Of a stretch of DNA of 64,000 nucleotides, positions 8,209 to 16,812 are shown one piece after another; within the stretch, counting starts at the first letter, position 1; the number at the start of each line of letters is the position of its first letter. Below the pieces are notes generated by a model. The model saw nothing but the letters and a program-made list of their open reading frames with translations. It was not told where the DNA came from and ran no database searches. Where the stretch lies: positions 15,620 to 79,619 of the forward strand of contig CAYNJY010000002.1 of the NCBI GenBank assembly GCA_964397755.1, written 5' to 3'. The DNA comes from an uncultured Gammaproteobacteria bacterium (GTDB taxonomy: Bacteria; Patescibacteriota; Microgenomatia; UBA10105; UBA927). The translations under genes were made by a program, and so were the position numbers.

Positions 8209-8844
8209 GTGGGAAAAATGTATCTTGCCAGACACGCGGAGTCAGTCGCCAACACGCAAGGTATGTATCAAGGGCAGACGTACGATACTGGTTTATCAAA
8301 GCTTGGTTTGCAACAAGCGCAATCGCTTGGCCGTCGCTTTCATGGCCTTCACCTTGATCAGGTCGTGACCTCGCCGCTTTGGCGTACGCGGTTGACTGCG
8401 GCAGTCGTAGCAAGAGGGAAGAATATTCCACTTGTGGTAGATAGTCGGATCAGCGAAACAAACCACGGAGCGTGGGAGGGATTGCGGAAAACTTCGGTAG
8501 CGGCCCGCTGGCCGAGGTTATATCGGCAATGGCTACGGTTACCATCGACGGTTCATTTTCCCGGCGGTGAGGCGTTTAGAGAGACGCGCGCACGAGTGCT
8601 TGAGTGGTGGAAATGTGCATTGCGCTATCCTGGCACCCAGCTAGTGGTTACTCATGACAACATTTTGCGGATCATTGTTGCCCAAGTTTTGGGGTTACCG
8701 CTTGATAACATCTGGCAATTCCATGTGTATCCGACCGCGATCACCACAGTTGCCGTTACAGGTGGTAAACCCACTATTAGAACTCTGAACGACACTAGGC
8801 ATGTAGAGGAGTGCGACCAGCGCCTTGCAAAGCACGCGCTTTAG
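8209..8844 (+). CDS. Histidine phosphatase superfamily (phosphoglycerate-mutase-like) protein; possibly a phosphoserine-type phosphatase
   Basis: Has the RHAES catalytic motif near the N-terminus. The start is GTG at 8209 or ATG at 8218. serS follows after 15 nt. Confidence 0.7.
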   Translation: MGKMYLARHAESVANTQGMYQGQTYDTGLSKLGLQQAQSLGRRFHGLHLDQVVTSPLWRTRLTAAVVARGKNIPLVVDSRISETNHGAWEGLRKTSVAARWPRLYRQWLRLPSTVHFPGGEAFRETRARVLEWWKCALRYPGTQLVVTHDNILRIIVAQVLGLPLDNIWQFHVYPTAITTVAVTGGKPTIRTLNDTRHVEECDQRLAKHAL

Positions 8845-8859
8845 ACGTATTCTAAACGT

Positions 8860-10125
8860 ATGTTGGATAGTACATTCATACGAGAACATTTGGAATTGTG
8901 CAAGCAGGCGGCCAAAGACAAGGGTCGAGATATGGACTGGAATGGGCTGCTTTCTCTGGATGATCAGAGAAGGGAGCTCATTGGGAAGGTGGAGGGGCTG
9001 AGAGCGGAGAGGAATGCAATCTCCAATACACAATCTCCAATATCCAATACTAGGGGAAAAGAGATCAAGAAGGAATTGAAGGCATTAGAAGAAGAATTGC
9101 GGGGGGTTGAGGAGAAGTTTGGACTGTTAATGCTGACGGTTCCCAACGTACCGGACAAAAGCGTGCCGGTTGGGAACGATGCATCGGGAAATGTGGAAGT
9201 GAAAAAATGGGGCAAGGTGCCAAAAGTTGATTTTCCCGTCCGCGACCACATAGAACTTGCAAAATCACTGGACCTTATCGACTTTGAACGCGGCGCCAAA
9301 GTGGGTGGTGCGCGGGCATACTTCCTCAAAAACGAGGCCGCCCAGATGGAGCTAGCTCTCATGTGGTATACCCTTCACAAGCTTGTGGGGAAAGGGTATA
9401 TGCCGCTTATCGCTCCATCGTTGGTTCGCGAGTTTACACTCTTTGGCAACGGTCAATTTCCGTGGGGTCGGGAAGAGGTCTATAGGGTTGAGAAAGACGA
9501 TATGTACTTGGCCGGGACTGCAGAGGTTCCCGTAACCGCATACTTCGCGGACGAAGTCCTTGCCGAAAAAGACTTGCCCAAAAAGCTTGTGGCCTTCTCC
9601 CCCTGTTTCCGTCGCGAGGCCGGAAGCTACGGTAAGGATACCAAAGGGGTTTATCGACTACACCAATTCAACAAGATTGAACAAGTAATTGTCTCAACCA
9701 ACGATGTGAACAACTCTCTTACTCTTCATGAGGAGTTATTAGCTAATGCAGAAGAAATTTTGCAAGACCTCGAACTGCCGTACCGGGTGATGCTCATGTG
9801 CACGGGCGAGATGGGCGAGCCGCAGGTGAAGAAGTATGACGTAGAAACGTGGATGCCTAAACGCCGGGCACCAGACGGCGCCCTGGGGGCATATGGGGAG
9901 ACGATGTCGAACTCATTCATGGGGGATTTCCAAGCTCGTAGACTTAAGATCCGGTACAAAGCCAAAGACGGAACGGTTATGTTCTGCCACACGCTCAATA
10001 ACACCGCGATTGCTTCGCCGCGGATTCTTATCGCCATCTTTGAAAACTATCAGCAGAAAGACGGATCTATTAAAATTCCGAAGGTGCTCCAATTCTTCTT
10101 AGGAAAGAAAGAAATTCGTCGATAA
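8860..10125 (+). CDS. serS: Seryl-tRNA synthetase
   Basis: An N-terminal coiled-coil arm plus the class-II core (421 aa). Confidence 0.9.
   Translation: MLDSTFIREHLELCKQAAKDKGRDMDWNGLLSLDDQRRELIGKVEGLRAERNAISNTQSPISNTRGKEIKKELKALEEELRGVEEKFGLLMLTVPNVPDKSVPVGNDASGNVEVKKWGKVPKVDFPVRDHIELAKSLDLIDFERGAKVGGARAYFLKNEAAQMELALMWYTLHKLVGKGYMPLIAPSLVREFTLFGNGQFPWGREEVYRVEKDDMYLAGTAEVPVTAYFADEVLAEKDLPKKLVAFSPCFRREAGSYGKDTKGVYRLHQFNKIEQVIVSTNDVNNSLTLHEELLANAEEILQDLELPYRVMLMCTGEMGEPQVKKYDVETWMPKRRAPDGALGAYGETMSNSFMGDFQARRLKIRYKAKDGTVMFCHTLNNTAIASPRILIAIFENYQQKDGSIKIPKVLQFFLGKKEIRR
9017..9052 (+). repeat. About 14-nt tandem duplication (caatctccaataca / caatctccaatatc / caatact) inside the serS N-terminal arm, encoding ISNTQSPISNT
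   Basis: A direct tandem repeat is read off the sequence. The reading frame is preserved. Confidence 0.6.
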
Positions 10126-10148
10126 TTTTTCAAGGCCTTATGTAACTC

Positions 10149-10793
10149 ATGCGTTGGCTTTCCTATATTTATCCCCAAACCATTGCTCGCTTCACATCTG
10201 CCTACAACAAAGATATTCGAGTGGTAGAGGAACATGGTCGATACAAAGTCCTTGTCAACGGCTCGCCGCAGTCAGGGCTGTATATTAAAAAGCTCTGGAT
10301 CCATGCGTTTGCACGAGCACCTCTTCCAGATACGTCAGGCGTGAAGAACATCCTTATTCTTGGTATTGGCGGTGGCACAGTCATCCATCTAGTATCGAAA
10401 AAGTATCCATCCGCTGATATCGAGGCAGTCGATATAGATCCAACAATGGTTGAAATTGCAGACACATACTTTGGGTTGAGAAAGGTTCCAAATCTCGCTG
10501 TCGTTGTTGAGGATGCGAAGCGTTTTGTCGCAAAGAGTACTTCGAAGAAGCGCTATGACATCATCGTTGTCGATATTTTTGTCGGCAGTACAGTCCCAGA
10601 TTTTGTTGCAAAAAGCCCGTTCCTTCAACGCCTTGCCGGTATGCGGAGAGATGAGGGCATTGTCATACTTAATTACTTACGAGAGAAAGAGTACCTGATG
10701 CGCTCAGACGTACTTGATAAAACGCTCCGCACGATATTTTCAGATGTGCGTGATACGAAATGGAACAATAACCGCGCGTTCTTCGTTCGATAG
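10149..10793 (+). CDS. Spermidine-synthase-like / class I SAM-dependent methyltransferase fold protein
   Basis: Contains a Rossmann GIGGG motif (ILILGIGGGTVIH) and an acidic VDID; about 214 aa. Confidence 0.5.
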   Translation: MRWLSYIYPQTIARFTSAYNKDIRVVEEHGRYKVLVNGSPQSGLYIKKLWIHAFARAPLPDTSGVKNILILGIGGGTVIHLVSKKYPSADIEAVDIDPTMVEIADTYFGLRKVPNLAVVVEDAKRFVAKSTSKKRYDIIVVDIFVGSTVPDFVAKSPFLQRLAGMRRDEGIVILNYLREKEYLMRSDVLDKTLRTIFSDVRDTKWNNNRAFFVR

Positions 10794-10823
10794 TCTCCTT
10801 CTTTGTGATAAAATTGTTTCATC

Positions 10824-13577
10824 ATGTTTAAGTTTCTTTCGAAGCTCCTTGACACGAACGAAAAGGAGCTCCGAAGTCTACGCGCAGTTGTCGAGAAGAT
10901 TAACAGCCTCGAGAATGAAACGAAAAAGCTCAAGGACGCTGACTTTGCAAAGAAAACTGTACAGCTGAAAGAGCGGTTGACAAGCGGTGATGCCCTTGAT
11001 GACGTTCTTCCCGAGGCGTACGCACTTGTCCGAGAAGCGGCTCGCCATACGATCGGAGAACGCCACTATGACGTACAATTGATCGCGGCTATCGCGCTCC
11101 ACCAAGGGAAAGTGGCAGAGCAGAAAACAGGAGAGGGAAAGACCTTGTCCGCTACCCCCGCGTTATATCTCAACGCGCTCACCGGTCGGGGAGTTCACCT
11201 CGTCACCGTCAACGACTACCTTGCCCGACGGGATGCCGGATGGATGGGGTCAGTGTTTTACCTTCTGGGGTTGTCAGTTTCCGCAATCATTAGTGATCAA
11301 TCATTCCTGTACGATCCGACATTCGAGGACAAAAGCTCCGTAGACTGGAGACTGAGACATTTGCGTCCGATTAGTCGCAAAGAGGCGTATCAAGCGGATG
11401 TCACCTACGGGATAAACAGTGAATTCGGGTTTGACTACTTGCGCGACAACATGGCAACAGACATGAGCCAGCTCGTGCAGCGAGACTACCACTTTGCGAT
11501 TATCGACGAAGTGGATTCGATTTTGATTGATGAAGCTCGTACCCCGCACATCATTTCCGCGCCGGCAGAGGAAGCCACCCACAAGTACTACGAGTACGCG
11601 AAACTGGTTGGGAAGCTAACGCCGCAGGTGGACTTTGTCATTGACGAGAAGCTTCGTACAGCCCACCTGACTGATCACGGGATCGTGAAAGTGGAAAAAA
11701 TGATGGGATTGGGGAACATCTATGAGAGCGACTTTGAGACCGTGCACCACATAGAAGCAGCGCTCAAAGCGAGTACGCTTTTTCGCAAGGAAAAAGATTA
11801 CATTGTAAAAGATGGTCAGGTTGTTATCGTTGATGAGTTTACCGGCAGACTTCTTCACGGCCGAAGGTTTAGCGAAGGAATTCATCAGGCGATTGAAGCC
11901 AAAGAGGGGGTAACGATCCAGCAGGAAAGCCGGACGCTTGCGACGGTTTCACTCCAAAACTACTTTCGTATGTACGAGAGGCTTTCCGGTATGACCGGAA
12001 CCGCGGCAACCGAGGCAGAAGAGTTTCGGAAAATCTACGGACTCGATGTGGTCGTCATCCCCACGCACCGGCTGATGGTTCGTCAGGATTTTTCCGATAG
12101 CGTCTACAAAACGACGCGCGCCAAGTACACGGCGGTCGTCGGCGACATTACTGAGCACTACAAGCGCGGTCAGCCGGTGCTGGTCGGAACGACGTCGATT
12201 GAAAAGAACGAACTCCTGAGCGACTTTCTCAAACGCAAAGGAATTCCTCATCAGCTACTCAACGCGAAGAACCACCTCAAGGAGGCAATGATTATCGCAG
12301 AGGCTGGTAAAAAAGGAGCGATTACTGTGGCAACCAATATGGCTGGACGCGGCGTGGACATTATCCTCGGCGGTTCCCAAAAGGAGAAGTGGGAGGTAGA
12401 AAGTGAGCAGGAATGGGAGCGGGAGACGAAAGATTGGCAGAAACGACACGATGAGATTGTTGCCGTAGGCGGCCTTCACGTCATCGGCACCGAGCGGCAT
12501 GAGTCGCGGCGGATAGACAATCAACTTCGCGGCCGGTCTGGCAGACAAGGCGACCCCGGGTCGAGCAGATTCTTTGTCGCGCTCGATGACGACATTATGC
12601 GGCTCTTTGGCGGAGATCAGGTAGCTCGCCTCATGACCATCTTCAAGCTTCCGGAGGATGTGCCGCTTGAGCACCAGATGGTTTCCAAGTCCATTGAGCA
12701 AGCGCAGGTGAAAGTCGAAGGATTTCACTTTGACAGCCGTAAGCACCTCGTTGAGTACGACGATGTGCTCAATAAGCAGCGTGAGATCGTGTACAAACGC
12801 CGAAGGAAAATTTTGGAAGGAGAAAGCCAAAAAGAGGCAATATTGAACAAAATCCAAACTGAAATTGCAAACATTGTATCCGTTTATGCAGGAGCTGAGA
12901 ATGCGATAGAGAGAGAAAAAATTGTCGGAGAATTTGCCTCTATTATTCCGTTTGATCCATCGTCTCAAGAGCAGCTTCAGAAACAGTTGCAGCAGGCACA
13001 CACAGTTTCCGACATTGCTGACTTTTTAGCAAAGATTAGCGCCGACATGTACGAACAGCGAGAGAAACAGGTGTCAAGTGAGATTACGCGGCAAATCGAG
13101 CGCTGGGTGAGTTTGCAGGTCATAGATAATCTCTGGATGGATCATTTGGATGCCATAGATGATTTGCGTGAGGGTATTGGACTTAGAGGTTATGGCCAGC
13201 GGGATCCTCTCGTTGAGTACAAAAACGAAGCCTTCACCATGTTCGAGCGTCTCATTGCAACTATCGATAAGGAAATCGTCTACCGGATTTATAAGGTACA
13301 GGTCCAGACGGCCCCCACCTCCGCGATGGCTTCGGCGGGCAAGCCCCAAGCCCCAACTCTTCCCCAAGTTGTACCATCTACGGTTCCAGCAGGAGGCAAT
13401 CCGCAACCAAGCGTCATTCGTCGGATCACACACGTCCAACCTTTACCCAATCCCCAAACCCTCACCCCCAACCTCTTAAAAAAACTCGGTCGCAACGATC
13501 CCTGTCCGTGCGGAGCGAAAAAACCAGATGGCACTTCAAAAAAGTATAAACATTGTTGTTATCCAAAGTATGGATAA
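10824..13577 (+). CDS. secA: Preprotein translocase ATPase SecA
   Basis: 917 aa with DEAD-like motors and a C-terminal Zn finger (CPCGAKK...HCC). Confidence 0.95.
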   Translation: MFKFLSKLLDTNEKELRSLRAVVEKINSLENETKKLKDADFAKKTVQLKERLTSGDALDDVLPEAYALVREAARHTIGERHYDVQLIAAIALHQGKVAEQKTGEGKTLSATPALYLNALTGRGVHLVTVNDYLARRDAGWMGSVFYLLGLSVSAIISDQSFLYDPTFEDKSSVDWRLRHLRPISRKEAYQADVTYGINSEFGFDYLRDNMATDMSQLVQRDYHFAIIDEVDSILIDEARTPHIISAPAEEATHKYYEYAKLVGKLTPQVDFVIDEKLRTAHLTDHGIVKVEKMMGLGNIYESDFETVHHIEAALKASTLFRKEKDYIVKDGQVVIVDEFTGRLLHGRRFSEGIHQAIEAKEGVTIQQESRTLATVSLQNYFRMYERLSGMTGTAATEAEEFRKIYGLDVVVIPTHRLMVRQDFSDSVYKTTRAKYTAVVGDITEHYKRGQPVLVGTTSIEKNELLSDFLKRKGIPHQLLNAKNHLKEAMIIAEAGKKGAITVATNMAGRGVDIILGGSQKEKWEVESEQEWERETKDWQKRHDEIVAVGGLHVIGTERHESRRIDNQLRGRSGRQGDPGSSRFFVALDDDIMRLFGGDQVARLMTIFKLPEDVPLEHQMVSKSIEQAQVKVEGFHFDSRKHLVEYDDVLNKQREIVYKRRRKILEGESQKEAILNKIQTEIANIVSVYAGAENAIEREKIVGEFASIIPFDPSSQEQLQKQLQQAHTVSDIADFLAKISADMYEQREKQVSSEITRQIERWVSLQVIDNLWMDHLDAIDDLREGIGLRGYGQRDPLVEYKNEAFTMFERLIATIDKEIVYRIYKVQVQTAPTSAMASAGKPQAPTLPQVVPSTVPAGGNPQPSVIRRITHVQPLPNPQTLTPNLLKKLGRNDPCPCGAKKPDGTSKKYKHCCYPKYG

Positions 13578-13636
13578 AAGAAAAAGCAAGCGCAGTCCTC
13601 CTGAAATCGCTGCACCAGTATCCCTACCGGAACCAT

Positions 13637-13665
13637 TTGACATATTAGCATATATATGCTAATGA
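13637..13665 (+). promoter_or_regulatory. vapB promoter (TTGACA at 13637-42) overlapped by a 20-bp perfect palindrome ATTAGCATATATATGCTAAT (13644-13663); likely RHH autorepressor operator
   Basis: The palindrome is read off the sequence, 11 nt upstream of the RHH gene start. Confidence 0.45.
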
Positions 13666-13674
13666 TGTCTTACC

Positions 13675-13896
13675 ATGCAGCTTATTCGAACCACTCTCCG
13701 CTTAAATGAGGCGCTTAAGAAAGAAGCGGAGCGTCTCGCTCTCGAGCAGGAGAAAACGCTACAGGATATTTTCAATGACGCACTGGAGCGCTATCTTGCA
13801 CAGAAAGCCCGCAAGGAAGCGACGAAAATTCGTTTTCGCACCCACCGGCTCGGCGCACCGCTTGACCGCTTGACCCGCGCGGATTACTACCGGTAG
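13675..13896 (+). CDS. Ribbon-helix-helix (CopG/VapB-like) antitoxin
   Basis: 73 aa with an RHH-like N-terminus, located 3 nt upstream of the PIN gene. Confidence 0.55.
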   Translation: MQLIRTTLRLNEALKKEAERLALEQEKTLQDIFNDALERYLAQKARKEATKIRFRTHRLGAPLDRLTRADYYR

Positions 13897-13898
13897 CC

Positions 13899-14321
13899 AT
13901 GATTCTTATAGATTCAAATATTCTCGTTTACGCCATCAATCGGGATTCTCCAAAACACAAGCGAGCCAAAGCATATCTGGCAGACCACCAGAAAGAACTT
14001 GCCCTGGCACAGCAAAATATTTTGGAGACCGTGTGGGTGCTCACACACCGAAAGTTTACTCACCCTATGACTTCCCGCGCAGCACTTGATGCAGCAAGCC
14101 GAATTGCGACGGTGGCTACCCTTATTACGCCGGTGAGAGCCACATATTATCTCGCGTGCGACCTCATCAAACAGCACCGTTTGTCAGGAGATCGCGTTTT
14201 CGATGCGTACCTTGCAGCAACAATGCTTACCAATGGAGTGACGTCGATTGCTACCGATAATGTGGGTGATTATGCCGGGTTTCGTGGAATTGCCGTGATC
14301 AATCCGTTTTCTTCGTCCTAG
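13899..14321 (+). CDS. vapC: PIN-domain toxin (VapC-like)
   Basis: MILIDSNILVYA... is a PIN N-terminus with acidic residues; 140 aa. Confidence 0.7.
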   Translation: MILIDSNILVYAINRDSPKHKRAKAYLADHQKELALAQQNILETVWVLTHRKFTHPMTSRAALDAASRIATVATLITPVRATYYLACDLIKQHRLSGDRVFDAYLAATMLTNGVTSIATDNVGDYAGFRGIAVINPFSSS

Positions 14322-14970
14322 CCAGACGCGCGTCTTTGAGGTATTCAACATCCCCCGCGACGTCTGACTTACGCCATACGTGATGTCGCAGCGCTGTGGT
14401 CACAAAGATATTACGATGGTAGCGGCAGGTACCGTAGCGGTGAATTGCCTTAAGGTGGGCAGGGGTGCCGTAGCCGGCGTTTCGTTGCCATTTATACTCA
14501 GGAAATTCGCGGTGGAGCTCACGCATGAGGCGGTCGCGTTCGACTTTAGCGACAATGCCGGCAAGAATTACCTCGGGAACTGTGGCATCGGCGTCAACAA
14601 GGGTCCTTACTCTATGAGTCTTTCCTTGAATACGTCCGAGCCTGAGCCGGCCGTCAACTATGTAGGTATTTGCCTCAACCCGTTTGATGAGGGCTCGAAT
14701 CGCTTCGCGGTTGGCTCTTTGGATGCCGCGGTTGTTGATCTTCCTTGAAGAAACAACTTCGATGTTGATTGTAGCCTTGAGTTTTCTGAGTGCCTGATAG
14801 ATTCGCCGGCGATGGGCGGGAGAGAGGAGTTTGCCGTCACGAATTTTTAAGCGAGCAAGGCGAGCCACCTTGACTGGCGGGCAGTTGAGCACTACTGCTA
14901 GAGCCACCAGCGGTCCGGCCAGCGCCCCACGACCAGATTCATCAATTCCACACACTATCATCTTCTCCAC
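14299..14970 (-). CDS. rnhB: Ribonuclease HII
   Basis: Carries the RNase HII motif GIDESGRG(A)LAGP(L)V. Confidence 0.85.
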   Translation of the reverse strand: MEKMIVCGIDESGRGALAGPLVALAVVLNCPPVKVARLARLKIRDGKLLSPAHRRRIYQALRKLKATINIEVVSSRKINNRGIQRANREAIRALIKRVEANTYIVDGRLRLGRIQGKTHRVRTLVDADATVPEVILAGIVAKVERDRLMRELHREFPEYKWQRNAGYGTPAHLKAIHRYGTCRYHRNIFVTTALRHHVWRKSDVAGDVEYLKDARLARTKKTD

Positions 14971-15012
14971 CCAGGTGCATTATATGGTAAAATAAACATC
15001 CGGAGGTGGGGT

Positions 15013-15438
15013 GTGGATCAGAGAGTTCTTGATTTTCTCGCCAAGCATCGCGTATGCTCGTTGACAACGTTACTTGCCGACGGCTCGCCGCATGCGGCGG
15101 CGCTACACTATTCACACAGAAGTGAACCGCTGACCCTCTATTTTTCTACCGAGAACACCAGTAAAAAATGTCAGGCCCTTCTGGATGGAAAGCCGGGGAA
15201 AGCGTCGGTAGTTGTGGGCTTTAGCGAAGAGGAGTGGGTGACCTTGCAGATGGATGGAGAGGTACAGGTCGTTGAGGATGCAATATTGCCTAAGGTTCAT
15301 GAACTCCACTACGCTAAACATCCAGACTCGGCAAAATATAAAGACGATCCGGCGACAGTATTTTTAGTATTCACTCCCTCTTGGTGGCGCTCCACTGATT
15401 TCAACACAACTCCTCCAACGATCCTTCAGTCAACATAA
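15013..15438 (+). CDS. Pyridoxamine 5'-phosphate oxidase-like FMN-binding split-barrel protein
   Basis: A PNPOx-like domain of about 140 aa. Confidence 0.55.
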   Translation: MDQRVLDFLAKHRVCSLTTLLADGSPHAAALHYSHRSEPLTLYFSTENTSKKCQALLDGKPGKASVVVGFSEEEWVTLQMDGEVQVVEDAILPKVHELHYAKHPDSAKYKDDPATVFLVFTPSWWRSTDFNTTPPTILQST

Positions 15439-15484
15439 TTTTTCACCACACAGCAACGTAAAGCAAAACCACCGCGCGAGCTCT

Positions 15485-15510
15485 GTTATCGTGTTCTAGA
15501 ACATGATAAC
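15485..15510. promoter_or_regulatory. 26-bp near-perfect palindrome GTTATCGTGTTCTAGAACATGATAAC (copy 2 of the TGTTCTAGAACAT box) upstream of kamA
   Basis: The only mismatch is the g15491/t15504 pair. The core is identical to the box at 7277-7289. Confidence 0.45.
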
Positions 15511-15652
15511 AAGGAACGGATCACTATGCTGGAGATCAATACTACCGTACGTATTCTATTCCGAAGAAAAAAATTACGAAGAAAAAAAATTGACCTGTTG
15601 ACATTTCAAAAATTTCTTACTACTGTTAATTCATTGTTTGTTGTCACACACC

Positions 15653-16789
15653 ATGACGATCGTCGTTCCCCCGTTGCAAAATTCTCCGGATAGTAAACAA
15701 TCGCCACTTCGTCCCCGAGGAACCGAGGTGATGTTGCCACATGGAGGACTGCCGGAAATTTTTCCTCCATACCTTGCAGACCTCATCGAGCGCACCGGCG
15801 GACCCGATGGACCAATCGGCAGACAATTTGTAGCCCGACCAAACCTCGAGAGTCGCTACTTTAAAGTGGGGATGAAAGATCCGCTCATGGAAGATTACCA
15901 CGAGGTTGCCCCGGGACTGGTCTATAAATATAGAAGCAACAGTAAAGACAAAAAGAAAAAGGGAGACTTTCCGTATAACGGCCGAGCGCTCTGGACGATC
16001 ACTCGCCACTGCGCCGCCTACTGCCGGTTCTGCACACGAGGCCGCGAAGTTGGGATTCCTCCAGGAAAAGAAGGTGGAAGTGCGGCGGCACTTGCCCATA
16101 CCCCGCATCTTCTCATGGACCAGATTGAGGAGACTCTCACGTTTATTACCAATGAACCGGGGCTTAACGAAATTATTCTCTCTGGCGGAGATCCCATGAC
16201 CGTGAATCCTAAAATACTTCAGTATGTCTTGGGGAAACTTGGAGAGCTCCAGCGGTTAGGGAAGTTGCGCATCATTCGCATCGGCACACGCGTGCCGGTC
16301 CATAATCCGCTCCTTTTTCGTGACGAACACTACGAGGCAGCGAAACAAGTCAGGAACCTGCGGCTCATGGTCCACATCAACCATCCGTTTGAACTCACGC
16401 CGCAAACGCGAGGGGTGCTTGAAAGATTCCGTAGGGAAGTCGGGGCGGTTGTCATGAGCCAGTCAGTGCTCCTCAAGGGCGTTAACGACAGCGCCGAGAC
16501 GCTGTATACACTCTTTTCCGAGCTCGCTTCCGAAGGAATCATCCCTTACTACGTTTTCCAAAACGATCCGGTCTATTGGGCGAAGCACTTCACGGTTCCT
16601 ATAAAACGAGCGATTAAAATCTGGCAGAAACTCCGGCCGAGATTATCTGGGGTGGCGGCCACCGCGCGTTTCGTCATCGACGTCCCCCAAGGTTACGGCA
16701 AAGTTCCGTTGCCAGAGGGCGCTGCCTGGAATATTGATTACAACAAAGGCTATCACGACTTCAAAGGAAAACGCTTTTCGCTTGAATAA
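15653..16789 (+). CDS. kamA: Lysine 2,3-aminomutase family radical SAM protein (KamA/EpmB-like); start ambiguous (ATG 15653 or ATG 15731)
   Basis: Has the CAAYCRFC radical-SAM cysteine triad in KamA/EpmB context. Depending on the start, length is 352 or 378 aa. Confidence 0.75.
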   Translation: MTIVVPPLQNSPDSKQSPLRPRGTEVMLPHGGLPEIFPPYLADLIERTGGPDGPIGRQFVARPNLESRYFKVGMKDPLMEDYHEVAPGLVYKYRSNSKDKKKKGDFPYNGRALWTITRHCAAYCRFCTRGREVGIPPGKEGGSAAALAHTPHLLMDQIEETLTFITNEPGLNEIILSGGDPMTVNPKILQYVLGKLGELQRLGKLRIIRIGTRVPVHNPLLFRDEHYEAAKQVRNLRLMVHINHPFELTPQTRGVLERFRREVGAVVMSQSVLLKGVNDSAETLYTLFSELASEGIIPYYVFQNDPVYWAKHFTVPIKRAIKIWQKLRPRLSGVAATARFVIDVPQGYGKVPLPEGAAWNIDYNKGYHDFKGKRFSLE

Positions 16790-16812
16790 GGTAGCGGTGT
16801 ATAATTATCAGC

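Noticed and set aside
12255-13001. 248-aa minus-strand ORF
   Set aside because: It lies entirely antisense to secA, whose sense frame has unmistakable SecA motifs.
15526-15693. 55-aa uORF upstream of and overlapping kamA with RRKKLRRKK (AAA AAA codons)
   Set aside because: The A-runs sit immediately 5' of a TTGACC/TTGACA -35 pair, so they are more parsimoniously a promoter UP-element than a Lys leader peptide. No terminator follows. It is kept only as an alternative if KamA starts at 15731.
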